A stretch of DNA of 63,994 nucleotides, filler included, from Reclinomonas americana ATCC 50394 (taxonomy: Eukaryota), in the NCBI GenBank assembly GCA_048213135.1. It is 13 parts of 13 records of this genome, joined end to end, with 100 filler letters (N's around TTAATTAATTAA, not from the genome) between each part and the next. Parts side by side here need not be neighbours in the genome. Positions count along the whole stretch, not along the records: positions 11,565 to 14,928 come from AFZH01017068.1; positions 15,029 to 17,455 come from AFZH01017069.1; positions 17,556 to 35,319 come from AFZH01017070.1; 10 more parts are not named here. One strand, 5' to 3'. The position numbers were made by a program, and so were the translations under genes. Shown piece by piece: positions 11,565 to 26,600 of this stretch. The notes under the pieces are model-generated. The model was not told the DNA's origin, searched no databases, and saw nothing but the letters and a program-made list of their open reading frames with translations. The stretch's first letter is position 1, and the number at the start of each line of letters is the position of its first letter.

Positions 11565-14500
11565 CTACGCCGGTCGTTCTGAGCTGCCCGATAACTTGAA
11601 GGTGAGTGGCGGAGAAGGGAAAGGAGGAGAAGAGGAGATCAAGGGGAAGACGATTTTTCACGAGCTTCTGTCTCTCCGTGTCTCGTGTCCTTTCTCTTCA
11701 TTTCGCGTCTTCTCTTTGTTGCCCTCTCCTTATCTCTGCTTTTCTGTTCTCTCTCAGCTTGTATTCTTCTTCTTTCTCTATGCCCTCGTTGTGTCATTTC
11801 CTTTGTTCTCTCCCTCCCCTCTCTCTCTCTATCCCTTTCCCCCTCCCTCCCTTCTCCTTCACCTCCTTCTCACCCTTCCCCCTTCACCTACACAGGCCCT
11901 CTTCCGCCCGGTGGCTATGATGGTCCCCGACTACGCGCTGATTGCCGAAATCTCGCTCTTCTCGTACGGCTTCCTGCTGGGCCGCGACTTGGCGCGCAAG
12001 ATTGTGGCCACCTACAAGCTGTGCTCCGAGCAGCTGTCGTCGCAAGATCACTACGATTACGGCATGCGTGCCGTCAAATCGGTGCTGACGGCTGCCGGCA
12101 ACCTGAAGATGAAGTACCCGAACGAGCGCGAGGACGTGCTCATGCTCCGCGCCATCACCGACGTCAACCTGCCGAAATTCCTCACGCAGGATATCGAGCT
12201 GTTCCAGGGCATCATTTCCGATCTGTTCCCTGGCGTTGATCTGCCGGCACCCGACCGCGAGGAGCTGGTGGAGGCCATGTGCGTGGCGTGCCGCGAGTTC
12301 AACTTGCAGCCGACGCAGCCGTTCTTGGACAAGACGCTGCAGGTGTACGAGATGATTCTCGTGCGCCACGGTCTCATGCTTGTCGGCTTCCCCAACTCGG
12401 GCAAGACGTGCTCGTACAAGGTGCTGGCGCACGCCATCAATCAGCTGGCGGAGCGTGGCAAGGAGAATCAGGTCTCGTTTGTCGTCGTCAACCCCAAGGC
12501 CATCACCATGGGTCAGTTGTACGGCGAGTCGGACCTGGTGTCGCAGGAGTGGACCGACGGTATCATGTCCAAGAAGTTCCGTCGCTTCGCCGACGACCAC
12601 TCGCAGAACCGCAAGTGGATTGTGTTTGACGGGCCCGTCGATGCCTTGTGGATTGAGAGCATGAACACTGTGCTGGTGAGTCTCCTCCAGCCTGCATTGT
12701 TTTTCACGCTTGGTGCTGACTTGATTCTTCTCCTTCTTCTTTTCACAGGACGACAACCGCAAGCTGTGCCTGGTGTCTGGTGAAATTATCACCATGTCGC
12801 CCAACATGAACTTGGTGTTCGAGGTGGCCGATTTGGCCGTGGCTTCGCCGGCCACCGTGTCGCGTTGTGGTATGATTTACATGGAGCCGGGCGCGCTGGG
12901 CTGGGAGCCGCTGCGTGACTCGTGGCTGGCCACGCTGCCCGACTACTTGGATCAGTCGCACCGCGATTTGCTGCGGACCATGTTCAATTGGCTGCTGCCG
13001 AGCGCACTCGACTTTGTGCGCAAGAACACGCGTGAGCCGTTGCCGACGGGTCCGATCCAGATGGTGCGCAGTCTGATTGATCTGCTCTCGTCCATGATGG
13101 ACGAGTTCCTCTTGGAGGAGAAGAGGGTGCGTATGCTTGTCACCGTGGTGGGATCCACAAGCGCGAGTACTGATGGTTTCTTTCTTTTATTGCGTGCGCA
13201 GTACAAGGACCTGGGTCAGCGTGTGGGCACAGAGTGGCTCGAGGCGCTTTTCGTCTTCTCAATGATCTGGACTGTGGGTGGCACCACCGACATTGAGGGA
13301 CGTGTCAAGTTCAACCAGTTCACGCGTCGTTTCCTCGACGGCAAGGAGCTTGGTGCGTGCTTTCCCCCTCTCCAACCGGCCACTCTGCCCTCCTTTATTT
13401 GTTGCTCATGATGTGCCACACAGACGGATCGACGCACGCCGTGCAACCGCCCATGCGCCTCAACATGCCGATTCCGGACAAGGAGACTGTGTACGACTAC
13501 TGCTTTGTCAAGGAGGACAACTGCTGGATGCGCTGGGTCGACCTGATTGTCGACAAGCCGTTCTCGCGCGACACTCGTTTCCACGACATTATCGTGCCGA
13601 CGGCCGACACCAAGCGCTACTCATTCATGCTCGAGACGCTGGTGACACATCGCAAGCCGGTGCTCTTTGTCGGTCCGACCGGCACAGGCAAGACGGTGTA
13701 CGTCAAGGAGACACTGGAGAAGGTGCTGGATCAGACCAAGTACATGCCAGTGATGATCACCTTCTCGGCCAAGACGTCGGCCAATCAGACGCAGGATCTG
13801 ATCGACGCCAAGGTCATGCGTCGCCGCAAGGGCTACTTTGGTCCGCCAATCGGCTTCAACATGGCCATTTTTGTCGACGATGTCAACTTGCCGGCGCTGG
13901 AGAGAGTTTCGTGAAGGGGGTGGGAGGAGGAGGAGGAGAAGGAGGAGGGCAAAGAGAAGGAGGGGAAAGAGAAGGAGGGGAAGGAGAAGGCGAGAAGGAT
14001 GAAGATAAGAAAGAGAGGCGGAGGAGGAAGGAAAGAAGAGCTAGAAGCAGCAGCACAAGTGTTTTGACACTTCAGTTACTCAAGATAAAGAAGAAAGAGA
14101 AGCAGAGGCAGAAGCAAGAAGAGAAATATGAGGAGGAAGAGAAGGAGAGAAAAGTGTTGTGATACAGCATTCACTCGAGACTACGAAGAAAGAGAAGCAG
14201 GAGCAGATCCAAGATGAGGAGGAGGAAGAGAGGGACGAGACGAAGAAAGGAGAGGAGAGGAGGACAGAAGGAAAAGCAGACTCAAAAACTGGAGTTGTTG
14301 TAGGAAGGGGAGAGCAAAGTTGTTCTGACCTAGACTTGCTCGAGACAAAAATAGAAGTAGCAGCAGAAACAGGAGAAGAAGAGAAGGAAGGCAAAGAAAA
14401 ACGAAGAAGAGTACTATGAGACACTCGCTCAGGTTAAAGAAGAATGAGAAGCAGAGCGAGAAAAGGCGCTTTGACGATGTACTCACTCAATTTTAATCTC

Positions 14501-14857
14501 TTTTCCTCTCCCTTTCCCCCTCCCCCCCTCCCTCTTTCCCCCCTCCGCAGTACGGCGCACAACCGCCAGTCGAGCTGCTGCGCCAGTACATGGACCACGG
14601 TGGCTGGTACAACCGCGACCGCGCCGACAAGGAGGCCACGTTCCGCAACTTGGTCGACTTGCAGCTGGTGTGCGCCATGGGCCCGCCTGGTGGCGGCAAG
14701 AACCCCATCACCGCGCGCTTCTCGCGCCACTTCAATGTCTTCTCGCTGACCGAGTTCGACGACGAAACATTGACGCGCATCTTTACGGTGATCACCACGT
14801 GGTTCTCCAAGCCGTTCGGCATGACGCTGGCTTCTGTCACTGGCCCGTGTGTCGCCG
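11565..14857 (+). CDS. DNAH: Axonemal dynein heavy chain, end of AAA1 through AAA2-AAA3 (partial); resembles the single-headed inner-arm class
   Basis: [66 protein letters not shown]-loops GFPNSGKT and [58 protein letters not shown]. Confidence 0.96.
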
Positions 14858-15028
14858 GTGAGTGCCACACTTGCATCATATCATGCATTCTTACGTCACA
14901 CTCACTCGCTCTCTCTCAAATCTCGCCTNNNNNNNNNNNNNNNNNNNNNNNNNNNNNNNNNNNNNNNNNNNNTTAATTAATTAANNNNNNNNNNNNNNNN
15001 NNNNNNNNNNNNNNNNNNNNNNNNNNNN

Positions 15029-17454
15029 CCGCCGGAAATGGTGAAGAAGGTGCTGGCTGCTGTGTGCATTCTGAAGGGTGTGCAACCCGTGAAGGCACTG
15101 GACGACAAGGGCAAGCGTGTGGAGGACTACTGGCCGAACGCCGTGAAGATGATGGGAGAAATGACCTTCCTCAAGTCGCTCTTCGACTTTGACAAGGACA
15201 ACATCCCCGCGGCCATCATCCAGAAGCTGCAGCCGTACCTGGAGGATCCCAAGTTTGTGCCCGAGGAAATGATCAAGGTGTCGTTCGCCGCCACCGGTCT
15301 GTGCTCGTGGGTGCGCGCCATGGACACGTACAACCGTGTAGCCAAGGTCGTGCGACCGAAGCAGGAGGCTGCTGCGGAAGGTGCGGTGGGAGGGGAAAGG
15401 GAAGAGAAGAGGGAGAGGGAAGGGAATATAGAGGGAGAGGGAGAGAGAGGTGAGAACGGAGGGGGAAAGAAGAGAACGAGCGGAAAGGCCAAATGTGCTG
15501 TTAGGGCATTGGAGTAAGGGAGCATTGCTCAAGTGATTCAGTGACTGCGTGAGTAAGAGAGACAGAGAAAGAATATGGAGAGTGAGAGGAAGTGGGAAGG
15601 ATCGAGAATGAGCGACGAGTGAAGAAGAGAGTGTGTAAGTGTGTGAGCGAGTGAGAGGGAGATACGCGTTCGATGTGTTGGTTCGGTGAGTGCGTGGGTG
15701 AGTTGTGATCGAGAGGAGAATGAGTGAGCAAGAGAGCATGAGCTCATGGTTGTTGTCCGTAAACTTCCCCTACGTGATCACTCACATCACTTGCTTCCCT
15801 CTCCCGCAGCCACTGCCGAGTTCGAATCTGCCATGGCGATTGTGAATGAGAAGAAGGCCATGGTGCAGGCGGTGCGTGCGCGCATTGCCGAGCTGGAGGC
15901 CGCCTTCCAGGCCTCCAAGGTCAAGGAGGAGAATTTGACGCGCGAGAAGGAGAATGTGCTGAACAAGCTGATCCGCGCCAACAAGCTGATTGACGGCCTC
16001 GGCTCCGAGCGTGATCGCTGGACAGAGGCCGCCAACGAGCGTGCGGCAGCGTACGTGGCGCTGACGGGCGACGTGCTCATCTCTGCCGGTCTGATCTCGT
16101 ACCTCGGTGCCTTCACGGCCGACTATCGCCGCGACGCTATTGTGGAGTGGGTGGCCAAGTGCAAGTTCTACAAGATTCCGTGCACCGACAACTTTGCGCT
16201 GGCACGCGTGCTGGGCGACCCCGTCAAGATTCGCGACTGGAACATTGCGAAGCTGCCGGCCGACGATTTCTCGATCGAGAACGGCATTGTGGTCGAGTAC
16301 GGCCAGCGATGGCCGCTCATGATTGACCCGCAAGGTCAGGCCAATCAGTGGGTGCGCAACATGGAGGAGAAGAACGGCCTGAAGGTGATCAAGCTCTCCG
16401 ACAACGACTTTGTGGCCAAGCTGGAGCAGGCCATTCAGTACGGCGACCCAGTCCTGCTCGAGAATGTCGGCGAGGAACTGGACCCCGTGCTGGAGCCGTT
16501 GCTGGTCAAGCAGATTTTCCGCGAGGCCGGCGGCTGGGCCATCCGCATGGGTGACAAGGTGCTGACGTACTCGGAGGAATTCCGCTTCTACATCACCACC
16601 AAGCTGCGCAATCCGCACTACCTGCCGGAGCTGTCGACCAAGGTGACGCTGCTCAACTTTATGATTACGCAAGCCGGTCTGCAAGATCAGATGCTTGGCC
16701 GTGTCGTCATTGAGGAGATGCCGGAGAAGGAGGAGGAGAAGAATGAGCTGGTGCTGCAGAGTGCGGAGAACAATCGCTTGCTCAAGCGCATTGAGGATCG
16801 CATTCTGGAGCTCCTGTCCACCGAGGGCGACTTGCTGGAGAATCAGGAGGTCGTGGATGCGCTCGACGAGTCCAAGCGCAAGTCGAACGAAATCGAGGAG
16901 AAGCAGGAGCAGGCGGCGAGGGTGAGTGGCGCGAAGGGGGGAGGGGAGAGGGAGAGAATAGGGAAAGATGACTGGTTTTCTGTTGCATGTCTGTGTTGTA
17001 TGCTGGCTATTAGTTTGATTATTCGGCGGTGTGTACTCTTTTGCGTGCGTTCATTCTCATTAGTTGAGATCTATTCGCCTGCTAGAGTGTGTCTTTTGTG
17101 CCCGTGTTTCATTCAGTCAGCCTACGTTCTACTCTGATGCGGGCCTACTTCCATCTTCAGTCTGAAGATCGGTAGTTTCTGGTGTGTTTTGCGTGTTGCT
17201 CGTGTGCGTTTCCAACTCGGTGACCAGAGAGTGTCTTTTGCGCTCGTGTTCCATTCAAGACCGTACTTTCTTTGCATGCTCTAGTCAGTGGCCCGAATGC
17301 GTCTGTTTCGTTCTATTTTGGCACCTCTCGTGTATCTCGTGTGTGTGCTGTTTGTTCGTGTTACTTCTTTCAGCGACAACTAATCATTATTCCTTCCGCT
17401 CTCTTTTCGCAGACGGAGGCAGATATCGATCGCGCTCGTCAGCAGTACGTGCCT
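15029..17454 (+). CDS. DNAH: Axonemal dynein heavy chain, stalk/MTBD and AAA5 (partial)
   Basis: VSFAATGLCSWVRAM, KLIDGLGSERDRW, RWPLMIDPQGQANQWVRNME, FRFYITTKLRNPHYLPE. Collinear with the two preceding contigs. Confidence 0.95.
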
Positions 17455-17635
17455 GNNNNNNNNNNNNNNNNNNNNNNNNNNNNNNNNNNNNNNNNNNNNT
17501 TAATTAATTAANNNNNNNNNNNNNNNNNNNNNNNNNNNNNNNNNNNNNNNNNNNNAAACCGCGACACATGAAGGAGCACAGAGCCTATTTTCTTTGCTCT
17601 CTTTCTCTCTCTCTTGTGCTCTCTCTTGCACTTAC

Positions 17636-20600
17636 CCGGCAGCGTGCTGTAACTGACCACGACGCCGTGCTCGTTGGAAACAGTATCAATGGCGCGCACG
17701 TTGTACGCGGTGTTGGGCACAAGTGCTTGCACCGAGCTCGACACCACTGAAAAAGAGTTGCCGGAGACCGACGAGGGCGACGTGGTGAGCGATGGTGGTG
17801 TGATCACGAGGCGGCGAATGACATGAGACTGATACTCTGTTAAAAGGAAATGACAATGAATGTAGGCCGGCAGAGAATGTGACTTTACGCGCTCGAATCC
17901 TTACCCGAAAGCACCAAGTAGCCGTTTGTCGCATCAACGGCAATTCCTTGCTGTGCGTGCATACGCATTGCAAAAGTGAGTGGTGGCACACACGCAATCC
18001 GCAGCAATGGCCCAATCTACAAACCGGCTGCGACAGGAGAGCCACCGAACGCAGTCCATCCGTGGTGCCCGAGGCACCACTCGATCCGAAGATCGTGGTC
18101 ACCGTGCCAGTGTTCGACACGGATCGCACAATGAAATGGCCACTCTGTTGATGTGCACACAGTGCAAGTCAGTAACACTCTTCCAAAATGAGCGTCTAAC
18201 ATACCTCGGCATGCGCGACGCAACATCGACAACGTAAAGAATATTTGCCACAGGATCCACAGCGATGCTGTATGGCGCAGACAGAGAGCCCCAAGCACCC
18301 GACGACGGCAACACAGTGGTGACGGCCAATGACGGCAAGCTGATGGAGCGGACAGCATTGTTGTCGCGTTCCAGCACATACAGAATCGAACGCGAGACAT
18401 CGATAGCCACGTCAATCGGATACGAGAAGCGGGCGGCGGAGCCGGTGCCATTGGCGGAGCCACTGGAGCCAGCCGATCCAGCCAGCGTCGTAACCGATCC
18501 CACAAACGACACCATGCGTACAGTGTGGTTCTGCGAGTCAGCCACAAAAATGGATTCGCGCTGCAGAGTGCTGTCGACGGCTGCACCGTGTGGACGGTTG
18601 AACCGGGCATTGGTGCCGACGCCTTCCGCACTGCCCGAGGAACCGTTTCCGGCCACCGTGGACACATTGCCGCCAGACAGGACGCGGACTGCATGATTCA
18701 GCTCCTGCGCAAGCAAACAATCAGCGCCAGTGACCAGCAACTCCTTCTCCTTCACCTACCTCGGTGATGAACAAATCTCCCGTCGCATTGTCGATACCGA
18801 CGCCAACGGGCCTGTAACCGTTTCAAGACAACATCAGAACGCACTTGAATAAAGAGAGAGGAGTGTGGAGTGACTTATTTCCGCCGCAACTGGTACAAAC
18901 GGGCCACTGTCAATGCGCTTCCGTCAACAAGGCCGCTCATGCCAGCGGTGCCAGCCACAGTGGTGACAGTGCCACCAGTTGTCACCCGACGCACGAGGTG
19001 GTTTCTGCAGAGGCGAGTGAGAATGGCGTGACAAGTAAACGCGGGTGCGATCATGACACAGCGCACCCCGAATCGGCAACAAAAATGTTGCCAGTCGAAT
19101 CGACACACACACCCTGCACAGTCACGTGAATACCATCGACTGCAACTGCACGTCATGGACAACCACCACGCAACGAATGGCTGGTTGAATTTGGTGGAGG
19201 TAGAGCCGGCTGAGTTGAGGGTACCGGCAAACGTGCTCACGGCTGCCAAATTGCCGTACGGACTCAGCAGCTGGAAGGTGGGTGTGGCAGGAAGAGGACC
19301 GCGCGTAGCAACTGTGCCCTCGAGGTCAACAGTGGTCGACGATTGTGCAGTGGCCACTCCCGTGATAACCACGGGCACTGCGTCACGTGTTCATGAATGA
19401 GAAAAACAAGACACTAATAACATTGTTCTTGTCAGTCTCAGCTCACCTGCGTCGGTCACGAACGACGAGACATCGCCAAGCTGTTGAGTGACCGTCTCCA
19501 GCACTCGGAAGTAGTATGTCGTAAGTGGACGCAAGTACGACAACGCGAGCGTCAGCGACGTATCACTGCTGCCTGTAACACTGCTCGGCGACGGTGTCAA
19601 CGAGCAGGGAGCAAGCGTGACCAGGCGCACAAGACTGTTGCTCGCGTCTGGCGATTCACGGCGACCAAGATAAGTATGGCAGTGTAATAATGCTTGGAAT
19701 TAGCACAACCACAACGCACCAGCAACAAAAAGATTCCCAGTCAGAGGCGAGAACGCGGCGGCATTCTACGAACGCAAGGCGCGAAATATGAGGTCGCAAC
19801 ATCTCTTCTCACGCTCGCACTCACTCACTCACTCACTCACCGGGAATGAGAAGCGAGCCACAGCGATGGGACCAGTTTGGTCACCCCCGCTGACGTTACC
19901 AGCCGCCGTGATGGTGTACCCGTCACTAACTCGCACAGCACGGATGGTACGGTTGGATTTCTGCAACACACCATAGTAAGATTAATGCACCCACATCAGG
20001 AACGGCAAAATAAGCAAATGTCACGCAACATCGGCCACATACAGCACGTTACACACGAGATCCAACGACAGCCCGTATGCCGAACCCAGCAGTGCACTTG
20101 CACCGTCTGTCGTGCCGCAATTGCCCGCCGTACCGACCAGCGTCGACACTACCATGGTGGTCAGGTCGATCTTGCGCACCGTGCAGTTATTGTTGTCGGC
20201 TGCAAACAATAGCGCACGGCCTCCGTCGATGGCGAGTCCGCGACATCCGCTAAATTGCGCCGTCGTGCATCCGCCATCTACACTACCGATGGCACCGAGT
20301 ACTCCACACACGGTGGTTGTGTAGCCGAGAAGAGAGACTCGTCTGCGCGCACGGCCATCAGCAGCATGCACAAATCTCTCACTTCCTCATCTACACACAA
20401 ACCGAATGACACGAATATCGTAGTCTGCCACATACAGCGCCTCACGCCCAGCGGTGCGATCCAGTGCAACGCCGAGCGGTTGTGAGAACTGGGCGACAGC
20501 AGAAACTCCATCGGTGGAGCCGATGCTGCCGGTGCCAGCCAGCAGTGACACCGTGCCGCCAGAGACCTTGCGAATGACATGGTTGCCATTCTGCACGTGT

Positions 20601-23600
20601 GCAGTTGCAATGAAATGTTCAGTCACAGGAGGTTGCCGGCAGCCTCGACGCGCACGCAACATCGGAAAAGTACACGTCGCCCGTACTTTGGTCGACGGTG
20701 GCATGCCGCGGACTGCAAAACGGCGGCATTTCTGTAAGCACCCACACAAGTACCAACTGTCGCGCATTACGCAGCACCTGTTGAGCAGTGCCGTAGTCGT
20801 GGCCGGGCCTTGCACGAATCCCGACTGACCGAGTTGACCGGCAAAGGTGACTACATTGCCGGCGGCTGTCATGTGCCGGATGACATGCGACCTGCAGACA
20901 AGAGCGCAAAAAACACATTAGGCGCGTCTGGCCGTGAGAAGAATGCAACATCAACGGCGGGACACTCACGCTCCGTCCACAATGTAACATCCGTCGCTGG
21001 TATCCACCACAATATCCTTTTTTCGGTGCGCGATGAGATTTAAGACAGACAGACAGACAAAGCTACATACACAACAAGAGTAACAGACCCACATGCTCCC
21101 CGCAAAGAACGAGGCAGCAGTACCGAGACCGTTAGTGGCCGATGATACTGCCACTGAGCCAGCAACCGTGGTGACGAACGGCGACACACCAAACGCTGTG
21201 CTCGAGCGGGCCAGTTCGAAAACCAACGAGTTGGTGGCGGTCGATCCATTGGCGTTTGCCGTGCCCCGCAGGGTACCAGTAGTCGTCGATGTGGACGTCG
21301 CAGACTGCGTGGCCACCGTCGGTGCTGCATTCCATTGTTATAGTCGAGCGTGCATTTGAAGAGGAACAAGGAAAAGATGGAGAGAGAGGCATGCAAACCT
21401 GTTTGCGTGACAAAAGAAGTCACAGAGCCGTGCAGCGTGCCACCGTTTACGCGGAAATAGTACGTGATCGCCGGCAGCAGCTGTGTCACTGCGGATGTGA
21501 CCGATGTGTTACTACTGCCACTCACTGTCGATGGCGAGGAGCTGAATGTCGTCGGCGGCAGCGTGATACGTCGGATGTTGTTGAGACTGGCATCTAATAT
21601 TCATGGAGCAGCACGAGCATGAAGAGGGTGAGAAGGAACAACGGACCGACAACAAACGGGACATTGCAAACACACCGGTCACCACCAGGCCACCGAGAAC
21701 AAAGTTTACAGCAATGCCATACTGCACAACAGCAGCCACCATGTTGAATGCTAAACACACACAGACACACACGACGACGAGCGATCGACTCAACTGGCGC
21801 AGCAAACGTCGCCACCACGGCGGTGCCGTCCGTGCCGGAAGCAGCATTGCCCGCGCCAGCTACAGTTGTCGCCACTCCACCCAGCGAGATGGATCGGACG
21901 GACATGAGAATGTACTGCAAGAGATAGATAAATAGTGAGAGGGCGGATTCGCGGTGAGAAATGAGAATGGCGAAACGCAACGTCGGTCACATACAGCACG
22001 GCAGACACGGCATCCATCGTGATGCCGACAGGCGACCACAAGCGCGCCGATGTACCCGTGGCATCCACATAGCCGTGCGTTCCAGAGAGACCGGCCAGTG
22101 AGGTGACGGCAAGCGTCGCCAAGTCGACTTTGCGCACGGAGCTGTTGCCCGAGTCGGCAATGTACAGCACTTGATTAGCGACATCGACAGCCACTCCACT
22201 CGGCTGAGAGAAGCGCGCAGCGGTGCCAGTGGCGTTCGTGGTGCCCGACTGTCCCGCCGATCCAGCCAGAGTGGTGACAACAGAACCATTCAGCGACATG
22301 CGTCGGATCGTGTGGTTGCCGCCATCAGCAATGTACAAGCATTCGCGTCCAGCTGTCGTGTCGATGCCAATACCCAGCGGCGTGTTGAACTGCGCGACTG
22401 TGCCAGTGCCGTCCACAGACCCCGCACTACCGCTGGTACCGGCAACAGTGGCCGTCAGCGTAGTCTGATTGGACAGTTTGCGGATCGAGTGGTTCAGCCG
22501 CTGCGGAGCAAGCAGGAAGTCGATGAGAGAGACTGATACAGGCGAGACAGGGAATTCAAACTCACATCAGCAATGTACACATTGCCGGCGATCGTGTCAA
22601 TCGCAACGCCGAATGGACTGCACACAGATGAGTATGCTATGCATGCCAGATATGGAAAAGGAACACGCATATCCCACGAACTTGTTGAACAGCGCAACGG
22701 CAACCGAGGGTCCGTCGTAAGCTCCAGATGTTCCAGCCTGACCGGCAACAGTCTGCACAACTCCTCCGCCGGTAATCGAGCGAATCGTGTGATTACTGTG
22801 GTTTGGGAAGGCAACATCAGTCTTGAAGCCGCCGCTGATGACTAAAAGTTGAAAACGCAACTCGTGGTCGGCGACAATGTAGTTCCCGGAGGCATCGACC
22901 GCCACACCCTGTAGAAGCCAAAAGTGAGAGATGCAGTGTGCGTCATTGCTGCCGTCCGTCACGCAACCTTGGGAGCCGAGAACGAAGCCGACCCCCCTGT
23001 GCCATCAGCGTGCCCGATGGCGAACGACGGCGAACCTCCGAGGGTTGATACCGTCGGCAACGCAAGATCGAACACGGTCGAGGACAGCGCGAATTCAAAG
23101 GAGGCAGCCACAGTGCCGGAACCTTGTGCGTTGATACTGCCATTCAGCGAGGCACTATTCATGGAGATGTTGCTGGCCGACGATGTGGAGACAGTGGCAA
23201 CTGAGAGCAGAGTGCGTGGAATTAGCATCAACAGAGAAGAGGGAAACCCACTTCAGCGCAATACACTACCGGCTGGGGTCGAGGTGGTGAACGATTGAAT
23301 CGATCCGTACAACCCATAGTCAGTCGCCCCGCGGTAATAGTACGTGGTCGACGACTGCAGCTGTGTAAGCGCCAGCGAGATGCTGGTATCGGAAACGCCA
23401 GTGACCGACGGCGGCGAGGCAGCCACGAGAGTGGCGGCCAGTGTGATTCGCCGGATGACATGATTTGTGGAATCTGGTAGCGCGAAACTGTAAGTAGAAA
23501 CACGCCGGCAGGCACCATCTGCACGTACGCACCGGCAACAAGAAGCCATCCGTTGACTGCATCATATGCCACGCCACTCTGAGCACAGAAGTGAGTGCGT

Positions 23601-26600
23601 GAGCAGTATTCACATTCGATTCGCCGTTCCACGTTGACAACAAACCGGTGCGGAAAACTGCGCCACGTAGCCGGCGCCGTCGGCGTAGCCGCTAGCACAC
23701 GTGCCAGCGACAGTGGAGACAAGACCGGAGCTTGAGATGAGTCGAATGCAGTTGTTGTTCGCCTGGTTCGCCATTGTATGACGCACACAGTTAGTAGGGA
23801 AGGGGTCAACGGTGTGCAACAAAGAAGAAACCGAGTCATGACAAAACATCGCTGACGTACACCACATTGGCCACGGCGTCCAAAGCCACTGCCGACGGCG
23901 AATTGAATCGAGCTGCGACTCCCATGCCATCGGTGCGAGAACAACTGCCGCTGGTGCCAGCCAGTGTAGACACTGCCATCGACGAAGCGATGATCTTGCG
24001 GATGGAGCAGTTGGTGCCGTCGGCCACGTAGAGCAGGCCACGTCCTGTGTCGAGTGCCAAGTGCTTCGGGCCATTGAAACGTGCGGCGCTGCCAGTGCCG
24101 TCGGCAGTACCAGAACTCGTGAGCGTACCAGCCACGGTCGTGGTGACACCAGCGAATGTCACTTTTCTGTGAGGGGAAAAGAGAGGTAAATGCTACTCAT
24201 CGTGTGCACCAATAACAACGCAAATGCACACACATACCGAATGGCGTGATTGCCCGTGTCCGCGACATACACCGCACTACCGGCACTGTCGACGGCGAGG
24301 CCAGCATTGCTGCTGAACTGGGCGCCGGTTCCAGTGCCGTCGACCGCACCGGCGCTTCCGTTGCCCGCGAGTGTTGACACCTGGTTGCTGGCCACTGTAC
24401 GAACGGCACTGTTCGACAACTGTAGTCGGAGCACACGCACACGCACACACACATCAAGAGCGTCAGTCGTCCACTACGAGACCGTGAATAACACCAGCCG
24501 CTGCTCACTCACATCGCTGACGTACAGCGTGCCCGTGGTCTTGTCGCACGCCACGTCGTTGGGACTGCATGTCAACACCCAGGAAAACCGTCAGAGTCAC
24601 AAAGAAGCGATTCTCCCAGGCACGGGTGTGTGCGACAGAACTTGCGGAAGGTGGCGAACGACACGTAGCCATTTGTGAAGCCACCGAGTCCCGACTGACC
24701 AGCAACAGTGGTCACCACACCTGCCGTGGTCACCTTGCGGATTGTGTGATACCTATACAACAAACACAAGGTAAGTTCTCGCGACTGCGCTCATGAAGCC
24801 AGCCAGCAAGTGACCGCTGCGCTCACGCAACGTGGGATCGGCAACATACAGGGAGCCAGCCGTGTCAAGGCTCATTCGCTGCACAGCACCTTGAGCATCC
24901 TCGGCAAGTACGTATTCTCTTTCGTCGACAACAAAAAACACACCGCGGGAGCGCCAAAGAGAGCCGAGGAACCCGTGCCGTCAGTTGCTCCCGCAGACCC
25001 CGCGGTGCCAACAAGTGTGCTCACTGTGGCGCTGGTGCCAAAGACCGACGACGACAGTGCCAGTTCGAAAGACGCACTCACAGTGCCTGAACCTTGCGCA
25101 TTGACAGTGCCCGAGATAGAGGCGGTGGTCAGCGTCACGCTGGATGCAGAGCCAGTGGCGACCGTGGGTGCCGCTGAGGAGTGGCGCGGTGTAGTGAGGG
25201 GCGAGGAAGAGAAAGAAAGAGAGATAGGAAAACAAGTCCAGACTCACTGAAGGCTGATGTGGTAAACGACTGCACAGATCCGTACTGTCCGTTGTCGCTC
25301 GACGCGCGATAGTAGTACAAAGTTGCTGCCTGCAACTGGGTGAGTGCCAGCGAGATGCTCGTGTCGGACGTGCCGGAGACAGTGGACGGTGAGGCAGTAA
25401 TGGAGGTGGCGGCCAGTGTGATGCGCCGAATGGTCACCCCCACGAAATCTGCAGACAAATCGCCGTGCGTGTGAGACGTGCAATATGCACAACGTGGCAC
25501 ACATAAATAAATGTGTAAACGCACCGGAGACAAGCAGGAAGCCACGGACAGGATCATACGCAAGGCCATTCTGCGCAGGCGGGTGAGTGCATTCAATTGA
25601 TTGTTCACACGAAGCTGGGTACGCACTGGGAACGCGAATTGCGCCTGATTGCCTGCTCCGTCTGCAGAACCAGTGGCTCCGGTTCCGGCGAGAGAAGAGA
25701 CGAGCCCGGCGCTCGAAATCTGCCGCACGCTAAAATTGTTCACCTGGCCCAGAACCGTTGAGTCACAGAAGCGGGTGATACGCTAGCAGAGACGCAGAAG
25801 CAACGAAACATCGCCGACATACACCACGTTGGCCACAGGATCGACTGCCACGGTCGATGGATGATTGAACCTTGCCGCCGACCCACTGCCGTCAGTGTAC
25901 GCGCAGCTGCCATTGGTGCCAGCCAGCGTCGACACTGCCATGGAGGAGATGATGATTTTGCGGATGGAGCAATTGTTGTAGTCGGCTACGTAGAGCAGGC
26001 CACGCCCAGAGTCGAGCGCAATGTCATTCGGGCTGTTGAAACGCGCCGCGCTGCCGGTGCCATCGGCGGTGCCTGAACTTGTGAGCGTGCCGGCCACGGT
26101 GGTGGTGACACCGGCGTATGTCACCTTGCTGCAATGGCGACCAGCACCGTCAGCAACGATTTCCCTTACTGGAACTGCGCTGGCACATACCGAATGGCAT
26201 GATTATTCGAGTCCGCGACATACACCACACCAGATGCACTATCGACAGCGAGACCACCGTTGCTGTTGAATTGAGCGGCGGGACCTGTGCCATCGACAGC
26301 ACCAGCGGTATTACTGCCAGCGAGGGTGGACACATAGTTGGCGGCGATTTTACGAATGGCGTTGTTGAGTTGCTGTGGAACGCATGAATAAACACAAAGC
26401 AATACACACATGCAAGTCATATCAGCAGCTACAGTGGTGCGGTACCTCGCTGACATAGAGCGCGCCCGTCGAGTTGTCGATCGCCACGGCGGTCGGGCTG
26501 TGCCCGCACGCATGTCAATGACAGCTGGGGCAAAGAAAAGCAGGAGGCACGCAACTGCTTGAAAGTAGCAATGGCAACGGATCCGTTGACGAAACTAGCC

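Noticed and set aside
11884..12855. Long antisense ORFs opposite dynein exons (also 15782-16684)
   Set aside because: Shadow ORFs produced by strong GC3 bias on the coding strand.
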